NCBI GenBank assembly: GCA_964016885.1
Contig: OZ024743.1
Location: forward strand, 33,604,001-33,668,000
DNA length: 64,000 bases
DNA from: Eledone cirrhosa
Lineage: Eukaryota
Direction of reading: 5' to 3'
The position numbers and the translations under genes were made by a program. This document shows positions 52,252-64,000 of this stretch, one piece after another. The notes beneath the pieces were generated by a model. It worked only from the letters and a program-made list of their open reading frames with translations, had not been told where the DNA came from and ran no database searches. The first letter of the stretch is position 1. Each line of letters opens with the position of its first letter.

Positions 52252-53289
52252 TCATCATCATCATCATCATCATCATCAACGTTTAACGTCCGTGTTCCAC
52301 GCTTGCATGGGTTTGGACGGGGGTAGTCCCACTTGAGGCAAGAGTGATTGTCTTGCTCGCATAGGACTGTCTGGCAGGTTTTCTACAGTTGGATGCCCTT
52401 CCTAACACCAACCACATTTACAGTGTGGGTCTGGGAGGTTTTTACCGTGTTGCCTACACGGCCACATTACAGCGTGGACTGTGTGTTTTTTTGTCGTGAC
52501 ACCTACACGATCTCATTTGTTTCGGCCTGGATGGCGCGGCACCAACATAACTTTACATAGGACGGGGTGGTGTGGATGGGTGGGGGTGGTGGCGGGACGG
52601 GGTGTATTTTGTTAGAGATGCCTACTGGCAAGGCGGGTCTTCTCTGTTACTGAGTACCGCCAAAGGTCTCGGTCCAGTGACATTGTCTTGGAGAGGTGTA
52701 AGTGTGTGAGGTCGGAGTTTATCAGCTCGTCCCAGGTTTTTCTAGGTCTGCCTATTCCGTGGCTACCGTCTATCTTTATTGCCCTGCACTTTGTTATACA
52801 GCTATCGACTTTCATGCGCATCACGTGTCCATACCAACGTAGCCTTCTCTCGAGTAAACAACATCTGATCCCTCTTATCTCTAATTTTTTCCTTAGTTCG
52901 TTTATGCTTTGCCGTTCACGTATATTACTGTTACACATCCAGCGGAGCATGCAAGCTTCGTTCCTCTCTAGTCTGCGTATATCCTCTGCACACAATGCCC
53001 AGGTCTCACTGCCATGCAACATTGCTGTTCGTATGCAGGCATCGTACAACCTGCCTTTCATTTTTAGGGAGAACCCTTTAGCAGCTAATAGTGGTATAAG
53101 CTCTCTGAACTTTTTCCAACCAGTTCTGACTCTAGCTACAGTACTTTCAGACCACCCTCCCCCACTGCTGATTTTATCGCCCAGGTAACGGAAGCTGTCC
53201 ACTATTTCTATAGAACCCTCTGCGCAATTGAAAGAGCTAGTAGCTTGTGGGCACTTGCTGCTACTTATTGCACCAGAACACCGGCCACA
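52252..53289 (-). mobile_element. 5'-truncated RTE LINE (copy 3)
   Basis: ORF 52612-53202 is nearly identical to copy 1; same 3' UTR and tail. Confidence 0.93.
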
Positions 53290-53329
53290 ATTAGAAAAAT
53301 ATTTAAGTAGATATAGACTTTGTTGTGTT

Positions 53330-53548
53330 GTTCAGGAGTTTGCTTAGTAACCACATAGTTTCAAGTTCAGTCCCACTGAATATCACCTTGGGAAAGTTTC
53401 TCCTACTATAGCCATGGGTTGGCCAAATTCCTTGTGACTGAAATAAAGTAGACACAAACTGCAGAAGCCCATCATTATCAATGTTTTACATCTACTTTTC
53501 ATGCTGCTGTCATTGTTTAGATACACATACACACACGTGTGTGTGTAT

Positions 53549-53580
<32 letters not shown>

Positions 53581-53935
53581 ATAAATATATATATATGTAT
53601 GTATGTAAAAGGTAAACAGAAATAACAACACAATCGGTACAGTATATGGAAGGGATATATTAGGTTAACGCTTGATACAGCAGGAAGCGGGTCTTAATGT
53701 TTCAGACTCTAGTCCTTCATCAGAAGAAAGAATGAGAAATAAGATAGATTGAAGGGACGGGTGGGATGGAATTGGATATATTGTATATGTTTGGGTCTGT
53801 ATTGATGTTTACTGTTTCTTTATATCCTGTAACTTAATGGACTAATCAAAAGCGGTCAATAAAATAAGTACCAGATATGATTGACTAAATCCTTTCGAGG
53901 CATTTCCTCATGAAAGAATAAAAGAATAAAGGAGT
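53330..53935 (+). mobile_element. Degenerate S3 SINE with internal GT/TA microsatellite hosting a hammerhead-bearing repeat
   Basis: AGTTCAGTCCCACTG...CACCTTGGG...GAAGCCCATC, microsatellite, then AATAAAATAAGTACCAG...GAAAGAATAAAAGAAT. Confidence 0.55.
53692..53727 (-). ncRNA. Minimal type I hammerhead ribozyme motif (Penelope-type)
   Basis: Minus strand TCTT-CTGATGA-AGGACTAGAGTCT-GAAACATT-AAGA: stem I TCTT/AAGA, stem II GGAC/GTCT. Confidence 0.6.
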
Positions 53936-54307
53936 AAACGAAATCTGATATAAAGAATAATGTCATGAATCTAAGATTTACGGAACAGTTAAATTACAGT
54001 GAAAGAATATATTTGACATTTTAAAATATCCAGTAGCCTGAAGGTGAACATGATCAAGATATTAAAGCATTAATGTGTTAAAATCATACAAAGCTAAATA
54101 CTCTTGATAGATTAATCTTTTTGGTGTAGTGGAAATGTGTAGGCAGAAACATGAAATTGTGTAGGCCATTTTAACCATGGATATATACAAGAAAGGTGAT
54201 GACAGGAGACAAAATAACCAGAATTGACAACTTCAAAACTTCCATGCTTCTCAAAATTTGCCAACACTACACCTGATATTCACCCTTCATACACATGCAT
54301 GCATGTG

Positions 54308-54580
54308 TCATCATCATCATCATCACCGTTTTACGTCCGTTCTTCCATGCTAGCATGGGTTAGACGGGTTGTCCTGTTGTGGGCAGTGTCTGGTCGGCTG
54401 ACCATGCCTTGCTCATACAGGAACTGATTTTGTCTTGATTTCTACAGCTGGATGCCCTTCCTAACACCAACCTCATTTACAGTGAGTGCTGGGTGCTTTT
54501 TCGTGGCGCCTACACGTCCACTTTACAGTGTGGGCTGGGTGCTTTTTTGCCGTGGCACCTCCACGACCACCTTGCAGTGG
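54308..54580 (-). mobile_element. 5'-truncated S2 SINE (RTE tail part)
   Basis: Nearly identical to 54898-55170. Confidence 0.8.
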
Positions 54581-54897
54581 GGGGGTGTGACGGCATATTG
54601 TCTATATGCTTCAGCTTGTACCCATGGGAGGTTGGGTACTCTGTATTACTGTCTGTGTGTATATCATGACTCATAAACTGTTCACTTTCTTGACATTTGT
54701 GTATTATTCTATGTACTATACATGCACCTTTCATGATTTGTAGTGCATCTGCTGAGCACTGTACACAATAATTTTCATTATTATTATTATAAGATCGGGT
54801 GGTTTTCTGCTAGCATGTGTAGTGTGCATATTGATATTATTCACAAGTATATTTGCATGTAGATAATGATACATCAAATAAAATCGTAATTGACAAT

Positions 54898-55330
54898 CAT
54901 CATCATCATCATCATCACCACCATTTTACGTCCGTTCTTCCACGCTAGCATGGGTTAGACGGGTTGTCCTGTAGTGGGTAGTGTCCGGTCGGCTGACCTT
55001 GTCTTGCTCATACAGGAACTGATTCTGGCTTGATTTCTACAGCTGGATACCCTTCCTAACACCAACCTCATTTACAGTGAGTGCTGGGTGCTTTTTTTCT
55101 GTGGCGCCTACACAACCACCTTACAGTGTGAACTGGGTGCTTTTTAGCCACAACCACATTGCAGTGGAATGATAGGGACTACAGTCCTATCATCTCATTT
55201 CTACAGCTGAGTAAACTGGAGCAATGTGAAGTGTCTTGCTCAAGGAAACAACACATCACCCAGTCCGAGAATTGAACTCACAACCTTTCGATTGCAAGCC
55301 CAATGCTCTAATCACTAAGCCATGCGCCTT
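54898..55330 (-). mobile_element. Full-length S2 SINE (tRNA head, CORE-like middle, RTE tail)
   Basis: A box TGGCTTAGTGA, B box GAGTTCAATTC, RTE-type 3' end with (ATG)n. Confidence 0.87.
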
Positions 55331-57351
55331 CTACAATATACTCAGAAATTGAACGAAGACTGCGTTACACTCTCTTATGTAATCAGTAATGTAATCCATG
55401 ATACATTAAAAAAGACGATATTATATATAAACTGGATTAGGAGAAAATTAGTGACGGAAATATATGAATGTTTATTTAAATGATTGTTAACTGGAAGTGT
55501 TGACATTTGAAAATTTTAAAGAAGTGAATCTTTGAATAAACAATAAAATATATTTAAACAACAGATACGAAATTTAGTAGATAAATTATGTAATATTCAT
55601 TCATTATTTATTCAAACTGGCCTTGTGCCAAAAAGTAGAAACAATTATTTATTCAAAGTAATCCAACTTATTTTACTAATGGGATAACAAATTATAAACT
55701 GTACGCAGTCCCGCACTCCTTACTTTATTATAGTTTAGATTAAAGCATTAACATGTTAGAATCATACAAAGCTAAATACTCTTGATAGAATAATCTTTGG
55801 TGTAGTGAAAGTGTGTAGGCAGAAAATTGAAATTGTGTAAGCCATTTTAACCATGGATATACACAAGAAAGGTGATGACAGGAGAAAAAATAACCAGAAA
55901 AGACAACTTTAAATGTGTCACTAGAATATCAAACTAGCTAACCCTTTTGATACCAAACTGCCTAAAATGACACCCTGCTCTAGTTTTACAGTACAGAACC
56001 TTCCATTTTTCCATCATAATTCTTTGGAAGAACATTTAAGTTATGTTTGAAACACTAGTTTAATAATGAGATTTTGTGAGGTAGAAATTTATATTTTAGA
56101 TGTGAGATTCCTTTTGCCATGAAACACAGTGTTCACAGAAATCCTGTATTTAAGAGACTAGAACATGGCCCTATTGATTTTCAAGAGAATTTAAGCCCAG
56201 AAGGAACAAGATAAATATGAGGATATATGCAACAAAAAATATGATAATGCATTGGATATATAATATTTGGGGAGTTGGGTGGGTGAGTTGATGGTAATTG
56301 GAATATAAAATAGAGAAAAACTCTAGAATACTTTTAATCTGATAAGCCTGGTAAAATTAGTTTGTTAATAACATCCACCTGATATTGATAAAGAAAAACA
56401 TGTTAAACTTATTAAAATAATAACAAGATTTTCAGTACATGAGATCCAGACTGACCATCTGGTTTTATAGTGTTCTGCTTACGAGATTTTTTCCTATTTT
56501 AAGTTATAGTCACATCATTACAACCAGCCTCTACAGTTCTTCATAGATTTCCCTATCGACATTCAAATTATGAAATCCACTGAATATATATTGAGAATCC
56601 TTTCCCTCTACATAAAATGTATTAACATTTTTGTTATAATAATTTTAATTATTAAAGTAATTAATAATTATGAGAGGCTTTAGTTAAATTAGTTTAAACT
56701 CAATAGTAAATGACAAATATTTAACTACTGAAATTTAATGTTATCTGTCATGCAATTATGAGATATCAGTTCAGCATTGGAATTTAAATTTGAACACTTT
56801 AATAAAAGTAGGTTCATTCCTTGAACCTATTTCAACAGGCCCCACATTAGCTTAATATAGCTCTGATAAGACCACTTGTTCCTTTATTTTATTAAAGGAG
56901 ACAAATATAATGTAATATTTTCTATAGGGGAGCAGTGGAAGGAATCATTTGTTGTTATGTTGTTAAAAATTCTTGGAAAATATATGTGAATTAACACTTA
57001 ACTCCATAAACATATCTCATGATTGAGTTAGATGCCAAGCCTGTTATATATGACAACATGACCAGCTCACCAGCTTATCATGAATGACAGTGTATCCAGC
57101 TATGTAGTCTAATCTAATAACTTATATAAATAATAATTTAAACAGCTATCTAATCTAAAGCAATGCTTGATAATGTTGCTGCATTGCTAATCTAACATAA
57201 AACATGGTATGATAATATAGTTATATTTCCATCCTGCTGAGTTGGTGATGCGAGCTTCTCACTGCTTTTGGGTTTTAGCCAAGTAAATTCACACTATTTC
57301 TTACAATGTATATGGCTGAAATTGAGTACCTCTTCCAATATATTCTGTAAT

Positions 57352-57775
57352 ATGCTAGTGCTGGTACCACAATAAAATGCACTACATAGATTTGGTAAGT
57401 GGTAGTGCTGGTACCACAATAACATGCACTACATGGATTTGGTAAGTGGTAGTGCTGGTGCCATGATAAAATGCACTACATAGATTTGGTAAGCGGTAGT
57501 GCTGGTGCCATGATAAAATGCACTACATAGATTTGGTAAGTGGTAGTGCTGGTACCACAATAAAATGCACTACATAGATTTGGTAAGTGGTACTGCTGGT
57601 GCCATGATAAAATGCACCCAATACATTAGGTAAGTGGTATTAATTGTGCCATAAGGAAATGCACTCAATACACTCTATAAAGTGATAGTGCTGGTGTCAA
57701 GATAACATATACCAAGTATACTTTGTAAAATGGTAGTGCTGATGCTATGATAAAATTGACTCTACAAATTAGTTG
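57352..57775 (+). repeat. 47-bp tandem array (about 9 units) derived from the RTE-tail subrepeat
   Basis: GTGGTAGTGCTGGTACCACAATAAAATGCACTACATAGATTTGGTAA repeated; runs into an RTE-type tail at 57964-58120. Confidence 0.85.
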
Positions 57776-57782
57776 GTATTGT

Positions 57783-57963
57783 GAATTGGCAATATCGGTA
57801 GAGGGTTGGACGCCATGTTTTCTAGCATAGTTACGTCCCTTTACAGTTTGAGTTCAAATCCCACCGAGGTTAACTTTGCCTTTCATCCTTACGGGGTCGA
57901 TAAAATAAAGTACCAGTAATGTACTGGGTAATGCTGGCCTTGTGCCTAAAGTAGAAACAATTA
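57783..57963 (+). mobile_element. S1 SINE inserted into an RTE-tail repeat
   Basis: B-box, core and tail; flanks ATTGTGAA / ATTATGAA may be a TSD. Confidence 0.83.
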
Positions 57964-59381
57964 TGAAGGAACTGTAAAAACCATGCTAAAATATGGAGCA
58001 CATGAGCAAGATATGGTCTTCTGACCTGTGTAGTCTCAAAGTGTGACAAACCAACTGATGTTAGCATGGAAAACATACATAAAATAATGATAATGATAAT
58101 GATGGTGATGATGATGATTCCCTCAAGAACTAATTGCCCAATATTAAAATAGATTTTGAGCTGTACATTATCTTCTCCAGAGGCATGGAAGCCATTTAAT
58201 AAATACATCAGCTGTATGATTCTACATGAATTTAACTGCAAATGTAAAATGGTTGGAAAGAATCAACTTATCAGATTCAACCAATAACCCCATTGTGTGT
58301 ATTTAACAGATAGAATATGAATTTAAATAGCTTCAAAAACTCAAACAGGATTTCGTTTAAATAAGGAGTTGATCAAATTAAAATAATTTGTTTCTCTAAA
58401 TTGGCCATCAGTAAAACATGGTTCAAAAGAATAATACAAATGAAGTTTGAAAAGACTGTCTATTGGTAGTATTTGATGTAATGTCCTATTAGTTATCCAT
58501 CAGCCTCCCCACACTATTGCCTCGCCTATTTAGATATTTACTTAGAATTAATAGACTTCAAATATTCACTGTCCCCTCATTATTTTCTTTCTGTTTTATA
58601 TTTCCCTTCTACTTTAATGTAGTTAATATTGATCATCACCACCATTATCATCCCCACACTCACCACTTCCTGTCTTTCCTCATCACCTCTACTACCACCA
58701 CTATTGTCCGCCCCCAACACTACTACTGCCTTCCCTATCACCACTACTACTACCACTGACTCCCCTAATCACCATCAAAATTATCTTCATTGTCATCATC
58801 ATCATTGTCATCATCATCATCATATACAATAATATGTGGAACACTATTGATTAATTCATTTTCTGTTAAACCTTTCCCTTCTTTCTATTTTTTTCTTTTG
58901 TCTCTTTATCTTCTTCATTCTAGCCTATAAACTTCCATAAATAATGACAAATCAAAGAACTCAGTGTTTTACAGTAGTGATTTGCTAACTATTGCGTGCA
59001 CACTTAGCAAGAGATCCTCAATATGTTTGCACACACTGCTAGAAATGACACCCAAATCACTCTGAAACTGCACCTTACTCTCTAAAAGAGAGAAGTATAC
59101 AATAATGCAACTGTTGCAAAAAAGAAGTGACTATATTTGACTGTTTCTTTCATGTATGTATATAATGTCAGTAAACTCTTATAGTTACTGATGTAAAACA
59201 CTATATATACTCGGATATAAGCCAATTTTATGTCTGAGAAATGTTCAAAAATCCAAACTCTTTTGAGGCAGCTAATCAACATATTGTTTAGATGGTGTGG
59301 TTTTGAAATTCTCATGACTGGAGAATATATTAATGAAGTTTTAATATTTTGGTATTTAAATATTTTAAGTATCATTTAGAG

Positions 59382-59691
59382 TAGGGGTTCTCAACCTTTT
59401 TTTCACTGTGGACCACCAAAATAAGTAATTTTTTCCTGTGGACCACCTAAACTTTTAAATCTTTTGTAATAGAACTGCTAGAGACATTCTAACCACATGC
59501 CCATAGTATCAGAGCTGTGAACTCGAAATTTTCAAATATAATGGACATGTGTGTAATTAAACAAAATATTATATTAGTTACATTTTTGTGAAATGGCTAC
59601 AATTTTTTTTATGGCTACGAATTCTCTGTGGACCACTAGAAATGCTATGTGGACCACCGGTGGTCCACCTGGACCACGTTGAGAATCACTG
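59382..59691. mobile_element. hAT MITE with 8-bp TSD
   Basis: TIRs TAGGGGTTCTCAAC / GTTGAGAATCACTG, TSD ATTTAGAG on both sides, repeated GTGGACCAC subterminal motifs. Confidence 0.88.
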
Positions 59692-59965
59692 ATTTAGAGT
59701 ATAGTTTTTGTTTCACAACTCCATTACATAATGTTTTTTTTCACCCTAATTTCCGACCATTTTGAAGGCCATATGCATTCAAAACCTAAAAAAAACAAAA
59801 TAGGAAAAACAAAATTTCACCTCCAAAACAAACACTTTTTAGCACCTCATTTACATAGAATTTGAAGTTGGTTGTCACATATTTCTTAGCTTATATGAGT
59901 ATATACAGTAATTGACTTTACCAGACACAGAGAAATAAAGTATCTATGACCAGGAAATACTTTGA

Positions 59966-60410
59966 TATCATCATCATCATCATTTTACGTCAGCTTTTCC
60001 CTGCTTGCAAGGGTGGGGCGGGTCTTATTCAGCACAGCATCTCTCCACTTGTCACGGTCTTTCGTCATCTCCACTGTGAACTTCAGTGATCTGAGGTCTG
60101 TTCTCACCACCTCTGCCCATGTTTTTCGTGGTCTACCTCTACCACGTCTTCCTTCAACTGGCATTTCCTGGCACTACTTTACCCATCGGTCATCCTCCAT
60201 GCACATCACATGTCCATACCACCTCAGTCTCCTCTCTCGCACACTACATTCTATCCCTCTCAGACACAGTTTCTCTCTCAACACATTCATGCTGGGTCAT
60301 TCACGCACATTGACATTGCACATCCAATGGAGCATGCTTGTCTCATTCCTCTGCAGTTGTTGCCAATGTCTCACTACCATGCAGCATCACGCTCCTCACA
60401 CAGGCATCAT
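59966..60410 (-). mobile_element. 3' fragment of a related RTE LINE subfamily with a very short 3' end
   Basis: Minus strand reads RRLRWYGHVMCMEDD...GRGRPRKTW...LNKTRPT, then (ATG)n. Confidence 0.82.
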
Positions 60411-62193
60411 ATAACTTTGATATATATTATGATATATAAAAATATATATTATCGTTATCACTCGACCAACCCATGCTAGTATTAAAAAAATGGATGTAAG
60501 ATTGATGATGGTGTATTTGAAATCTAAATTGATCCTATCTTCTCCATTGTCAAATTTTTTGTCAACATTTTGTAAATAGTATCCATTTCTTTCTTTCTAT
60601 ATTTCATTGCTTGCTTCAATAATCACTAACTTAAAGTCAGTTCATATTAATTCACAACACATTCTACATTATAGTCTTGTTTCAAAAGCACTATTTAATG
60701 GCTGTAATTCTTCTCATCTGTCTTAAACTGAGTCAATAGTTTCTTTCTTTTTATTTTTGGTTATAGCTCATGAATTCTATCCTACCTCTTTCACATAGCT
60801 CCCATTATATATTATCATAGATACTATTTTGTTTAACTTTTGTTATTGAAAGTTCCCCCTACCTGTTTACTGGTGAGAATGGGCAACAGAATTTCTAATC
60901 ACTTCTTCAAATTGGCTTGCATTCAACATTATCAATTTGTTGAGGAAAATAATCAAGTTAAGTTGATGCTGATCAGGTATGTTTTGGAAACAGAAAACAA
61001 TTTTCTTGACAGAAACAAACCAATAAAGCTGGGAATATTGGTAGCAGCAGTTGAGAATGTATAATCAATTGCAGAAAATAACCCTTGATAATAATTTCAT
61101 GAAGGGAGAATCCCATGGAGACAACTTATAATATTGTTTTTTTTTTACTTTATTACGTTTTATGTTCTCAATGTTGTTTGCATAGAGCAAGTATAGTTTC
61201 CTCATTTTATCTGTCAAACCAACCCAATCCGAGATTTTTAAATGACTTTTTATCTTTTGTCACACAGAATAAATTTCCCTATTTTTAATACCAACTGAAA
61301 TACATGTTCTGTATACAGTATCATCCAAGAAACCTTATCCACTGAACCTTCTAAAAGTACTTTCTGTTTATGACTTAAACAAATAAAATCAAGAGAGATG
61401 TCTTCACTAACTTTGTCATACAATTACAATGGTGGATGGTGATTGAGTTAAGCAGAGAGATGGATAGATGATGATGGTTGGAGAGATATAGTGATAATAA
61501 TAATAGCCTAAACACAAGCTTTACTAGCACCATCTTTCCTTATATTTGTTCATCTCCATTTCATAAACTATAGACTAGAAGTAAATTTTGTAAGAATGGC
61601 CATTGCTAGATTTTTCTTAGCAACATAATGTAGACTAATGTATAGTTACAATACTATCGACAGCACTTCATATTATTTCATAGAATTCTTCTAGTCATTT
61701 CTTGCCAAATTGATACTTAAAAGATATATTATAGATATTTAAAAGATATATTATCAGCAATACTTTTGTTATAAATGTATTCTAAATTATTGTAATATAA
61801 GACAAAATCTGTGTTTAATGAAAATTAACTTTGTGGTATCAAACATTGTGAACTTGCTAATTTTCCAATTGAACTGAAATAGAATTATTATATTCCTGCT
61901 GTTCTAACAAACCACAGGCTTAAAGTTCTATCCTCACCCTCTTTAGGTACTAAAATCTGACTCATATGGTCAGCTAATGAAAATGTCAGTATTTTAAAGC
62001 ATAATATTGAAATACTTTCGTATTTTCTACACGTGTGTGTGAAAGGTAAATGGAAACAATAATGCAGTACAATGAAGATATATATATATGTATTGTACTG
62101 CATAATTGTTTATATATATATATATATATATATACACATGTGTGTATGTATGTGTATATATATATATATATATGTGTGTGTGTTAGCTTAATG

Positions 62194-62491
62194 CAGAGGT
62201 TCTCAAAGTGGGGCGCTAACCCCCCCCCCCCCCGGGGTGGGTGTTGAGAATGTCCGGGGGGGGGGGGGGGGCTGGAGCCATGGGAGGCAGTAGAGATGAT
62301 ATACTAGTATACCAAATATCAAATTATATATAGTATATATATAAATAATATTCATATATACATAGTATATATTATATATCAATTAATATTATTTGCTATA
62401 TATTATTTACAATTTGCATGTAGACAGTTCGCTCTGGAAATAGGGGTGGGGGCCGAAGGAGGCAGTAGCCCCAAAAGTTTAAGAACCTCTG
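62194..62491. mobile_element. hAT MITE with 8-bp TSD (7/8 match)
   Basis: TIRs CAGAGGTTCTCAAA / TTTAAGAACCTCTG; flanks GCTTAATG / GTTTAATG. Confidence 0.85.
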
Positions 62492-62520
62492 GTTTAATGT
62501 GTGATATAGTAAGAAATATG

Positions 62521-62556
62521 TCTTTACGTTTCATATACTAGTCCTTCATCAAAAGG
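62521..62556 (-). ncRNA. Degenerate second copy of the minimal hammerhead motif
   Basis: Minus strand CCTT-TTGATGA-AGGACTAGTATAT-GAAACGTA-AAGA; flanks similar to 53605-53745. Confidence 0.45.
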
Positions 62557-62656
62557 TAGAATGAGAAATAAAATAAAAAATAAAGCTAGAGAGTGAGAAG
62601 AAGCAACAGAAAAGCATATGTGTGTTGAATCTGCCATTAAATATATATATGTATAT

Positions 62657-62853
62657 ATAACGAAGGAGTTGTAAGGAACCAGATGGACCATAACGCACCA
62701 GAGTACTCAATACTTAGGGTAGTAGAGTGGGTAATAGGGAAATGTATGATCTCAACGGCAGAGCTCAAGCCGTTTCGACGGCTATTTCTGGACTCCAGAA
62801 ATAGCCGTCGAAACGGCTTGAGCTCTGCCGTTGGAGTCACACATTTTCTTATA
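62657..62853 (-). mobile_element. Asymmetric fold-back element P4
   Basis: Perfect 40-bp arms 62753-62792 / 62794-62833 plus degenerate outer arms, left extension, (TA)n on both sides. Confidence 0.65.
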
Positions 62854-62969
62854 TATATATTGTGATTAAACCAGTATAAAACTAGTTAGATCATTATCCA
62901 ACAGAGTACTTGATACTTAGGTTAGTGGGTCTGAAAAGCAAGAGCTCAGTTGTCAAAACCAGACTCTTT

Positions 62970-63009
<40 letters not shown>

Positions 63010-64000
63010 TACACAGCGCTGCATAAAAAGAGTAGGAAGTATCACCACAACCATATATTTCTTTATGATAAACAGTAGGCATTCAAACAAACAGAGTGAC
63101 TGTTATATTCAGTTTCACATTATTATTATTTTCCAACAATGACATTATTTCCTGGACTGTTCTCTATAGCTGTTAAAGTCTATTGTTGGCCTTTTCTTAT
63201 AGGTTGTGTTGTAGGTATCTTTTATTGCCATTGTTCTTCAGTTTTATTCTTTTTATCTATCTCTTTCTTCAACTATTTTCCCTCTTTTACTTGTTGATGT
63301 TAACTTTATTACAGTTTCTTTCATTCTTACATTGAAATTGAATTATTTTTCGTACTTCCTTATTCTTGTTAGAATATAAGACAAACTATTTTACAATATT
63401 TTTTCCTGTTCTCTGCATTCCAGGTTCAAATCTTTCCATGGCCAACTTTGCTTTCATCCTTTAGGGTTTCATAAATAAATTGCTAGTCCAGCATTAGGGA
63501 TTGGTGGAATTGTTAGAACACTGGATGAGATGTCTTGTGCTATTTGTTCTGGCTCTTTGTCTTCTGAGTTTAAATCCTACAATGGCCTATTTGGGTGTTA
63601 AACATAACCAATCACCTGGCACTTTAGTGATTTGACAGAGTCCACACATGTAAGCAGCTCCCTGATTTGAGGATGCCTTTACCTTTCACCCACACCAGTC
63701 TTGGAGGCTTTGAAAGGGTCTGAACACTGCTCTTCATTATGTGGTTCAAAGTTAAAAAAAGAGAAAAGAAAAAAGAAAAGAAAAAAAGACAGTTGATATA
63801 TAAAAGGGGTTTGGATTTTTGCCCATTTCTCAAACATGAAACAGGGGAGTCTGCTTATCTTCAGATCAGCTTATATTTGAGTATATATGGTAATTGAGCC
63901 ATGTAAATGCCCTTTAGAAATAGCATCCAAATGCTCCTTAAATTGTACACTAGACTCTTAAATATAGATGGAAACAGTAGACAATCTAAGGTGGTCGATG

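Noticed and set aside
55195-55330. tRNA genes at A/B-box sites
   Set aside because: No full cloverleaf is evident; the boxes continue into SINE bodies.
60840-61064. ORF with an internal CAG|GTATGT donor-like site
   Set aside because: Single motif with no homology or matching exon chain.

Overview
AT-rich eukaryotic (animal) non-coding DNA, intronic or intergenic, with no host gene I can support. The SINE/LINE repertoire resembles that of octopus/cephalopod genomes (recalled resemblance, unverified). The window is a layered set of mobile DNA. (1) A near full-length but frameshifted Tx1/L1-clade LINE (29096-36109, minus) sits in a (GACA)n tract and is interrupted by an RTE LINE. (2) Three copies of an RTE LINE carry a C4HC3 PHD-type finger inside the RT; one is split by a second RTE family with an 11-bp TSD and no 3' UTR. 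(3) There are many tRNA-derived SINEs, two TTAA-flanked piggyBac-like MITE families, hAT MITEs, a Helitron-like element, and mini- and microsatellites. (4) The most unusual signal is four microsatellite-anchored, asymmetric fold-back elements from three unrelated families, each carrying only the GAAAC half of a hammerhead-like core, plus two minimal hammerhead ribozyme motifs. Together these suggest Penelope-like retroelement termini that integrate by hairpin self-priming. Most short ORFs in the supplied track are microsatellite or antisense artefacts. Coordinates of degenerate repeats are approximate.
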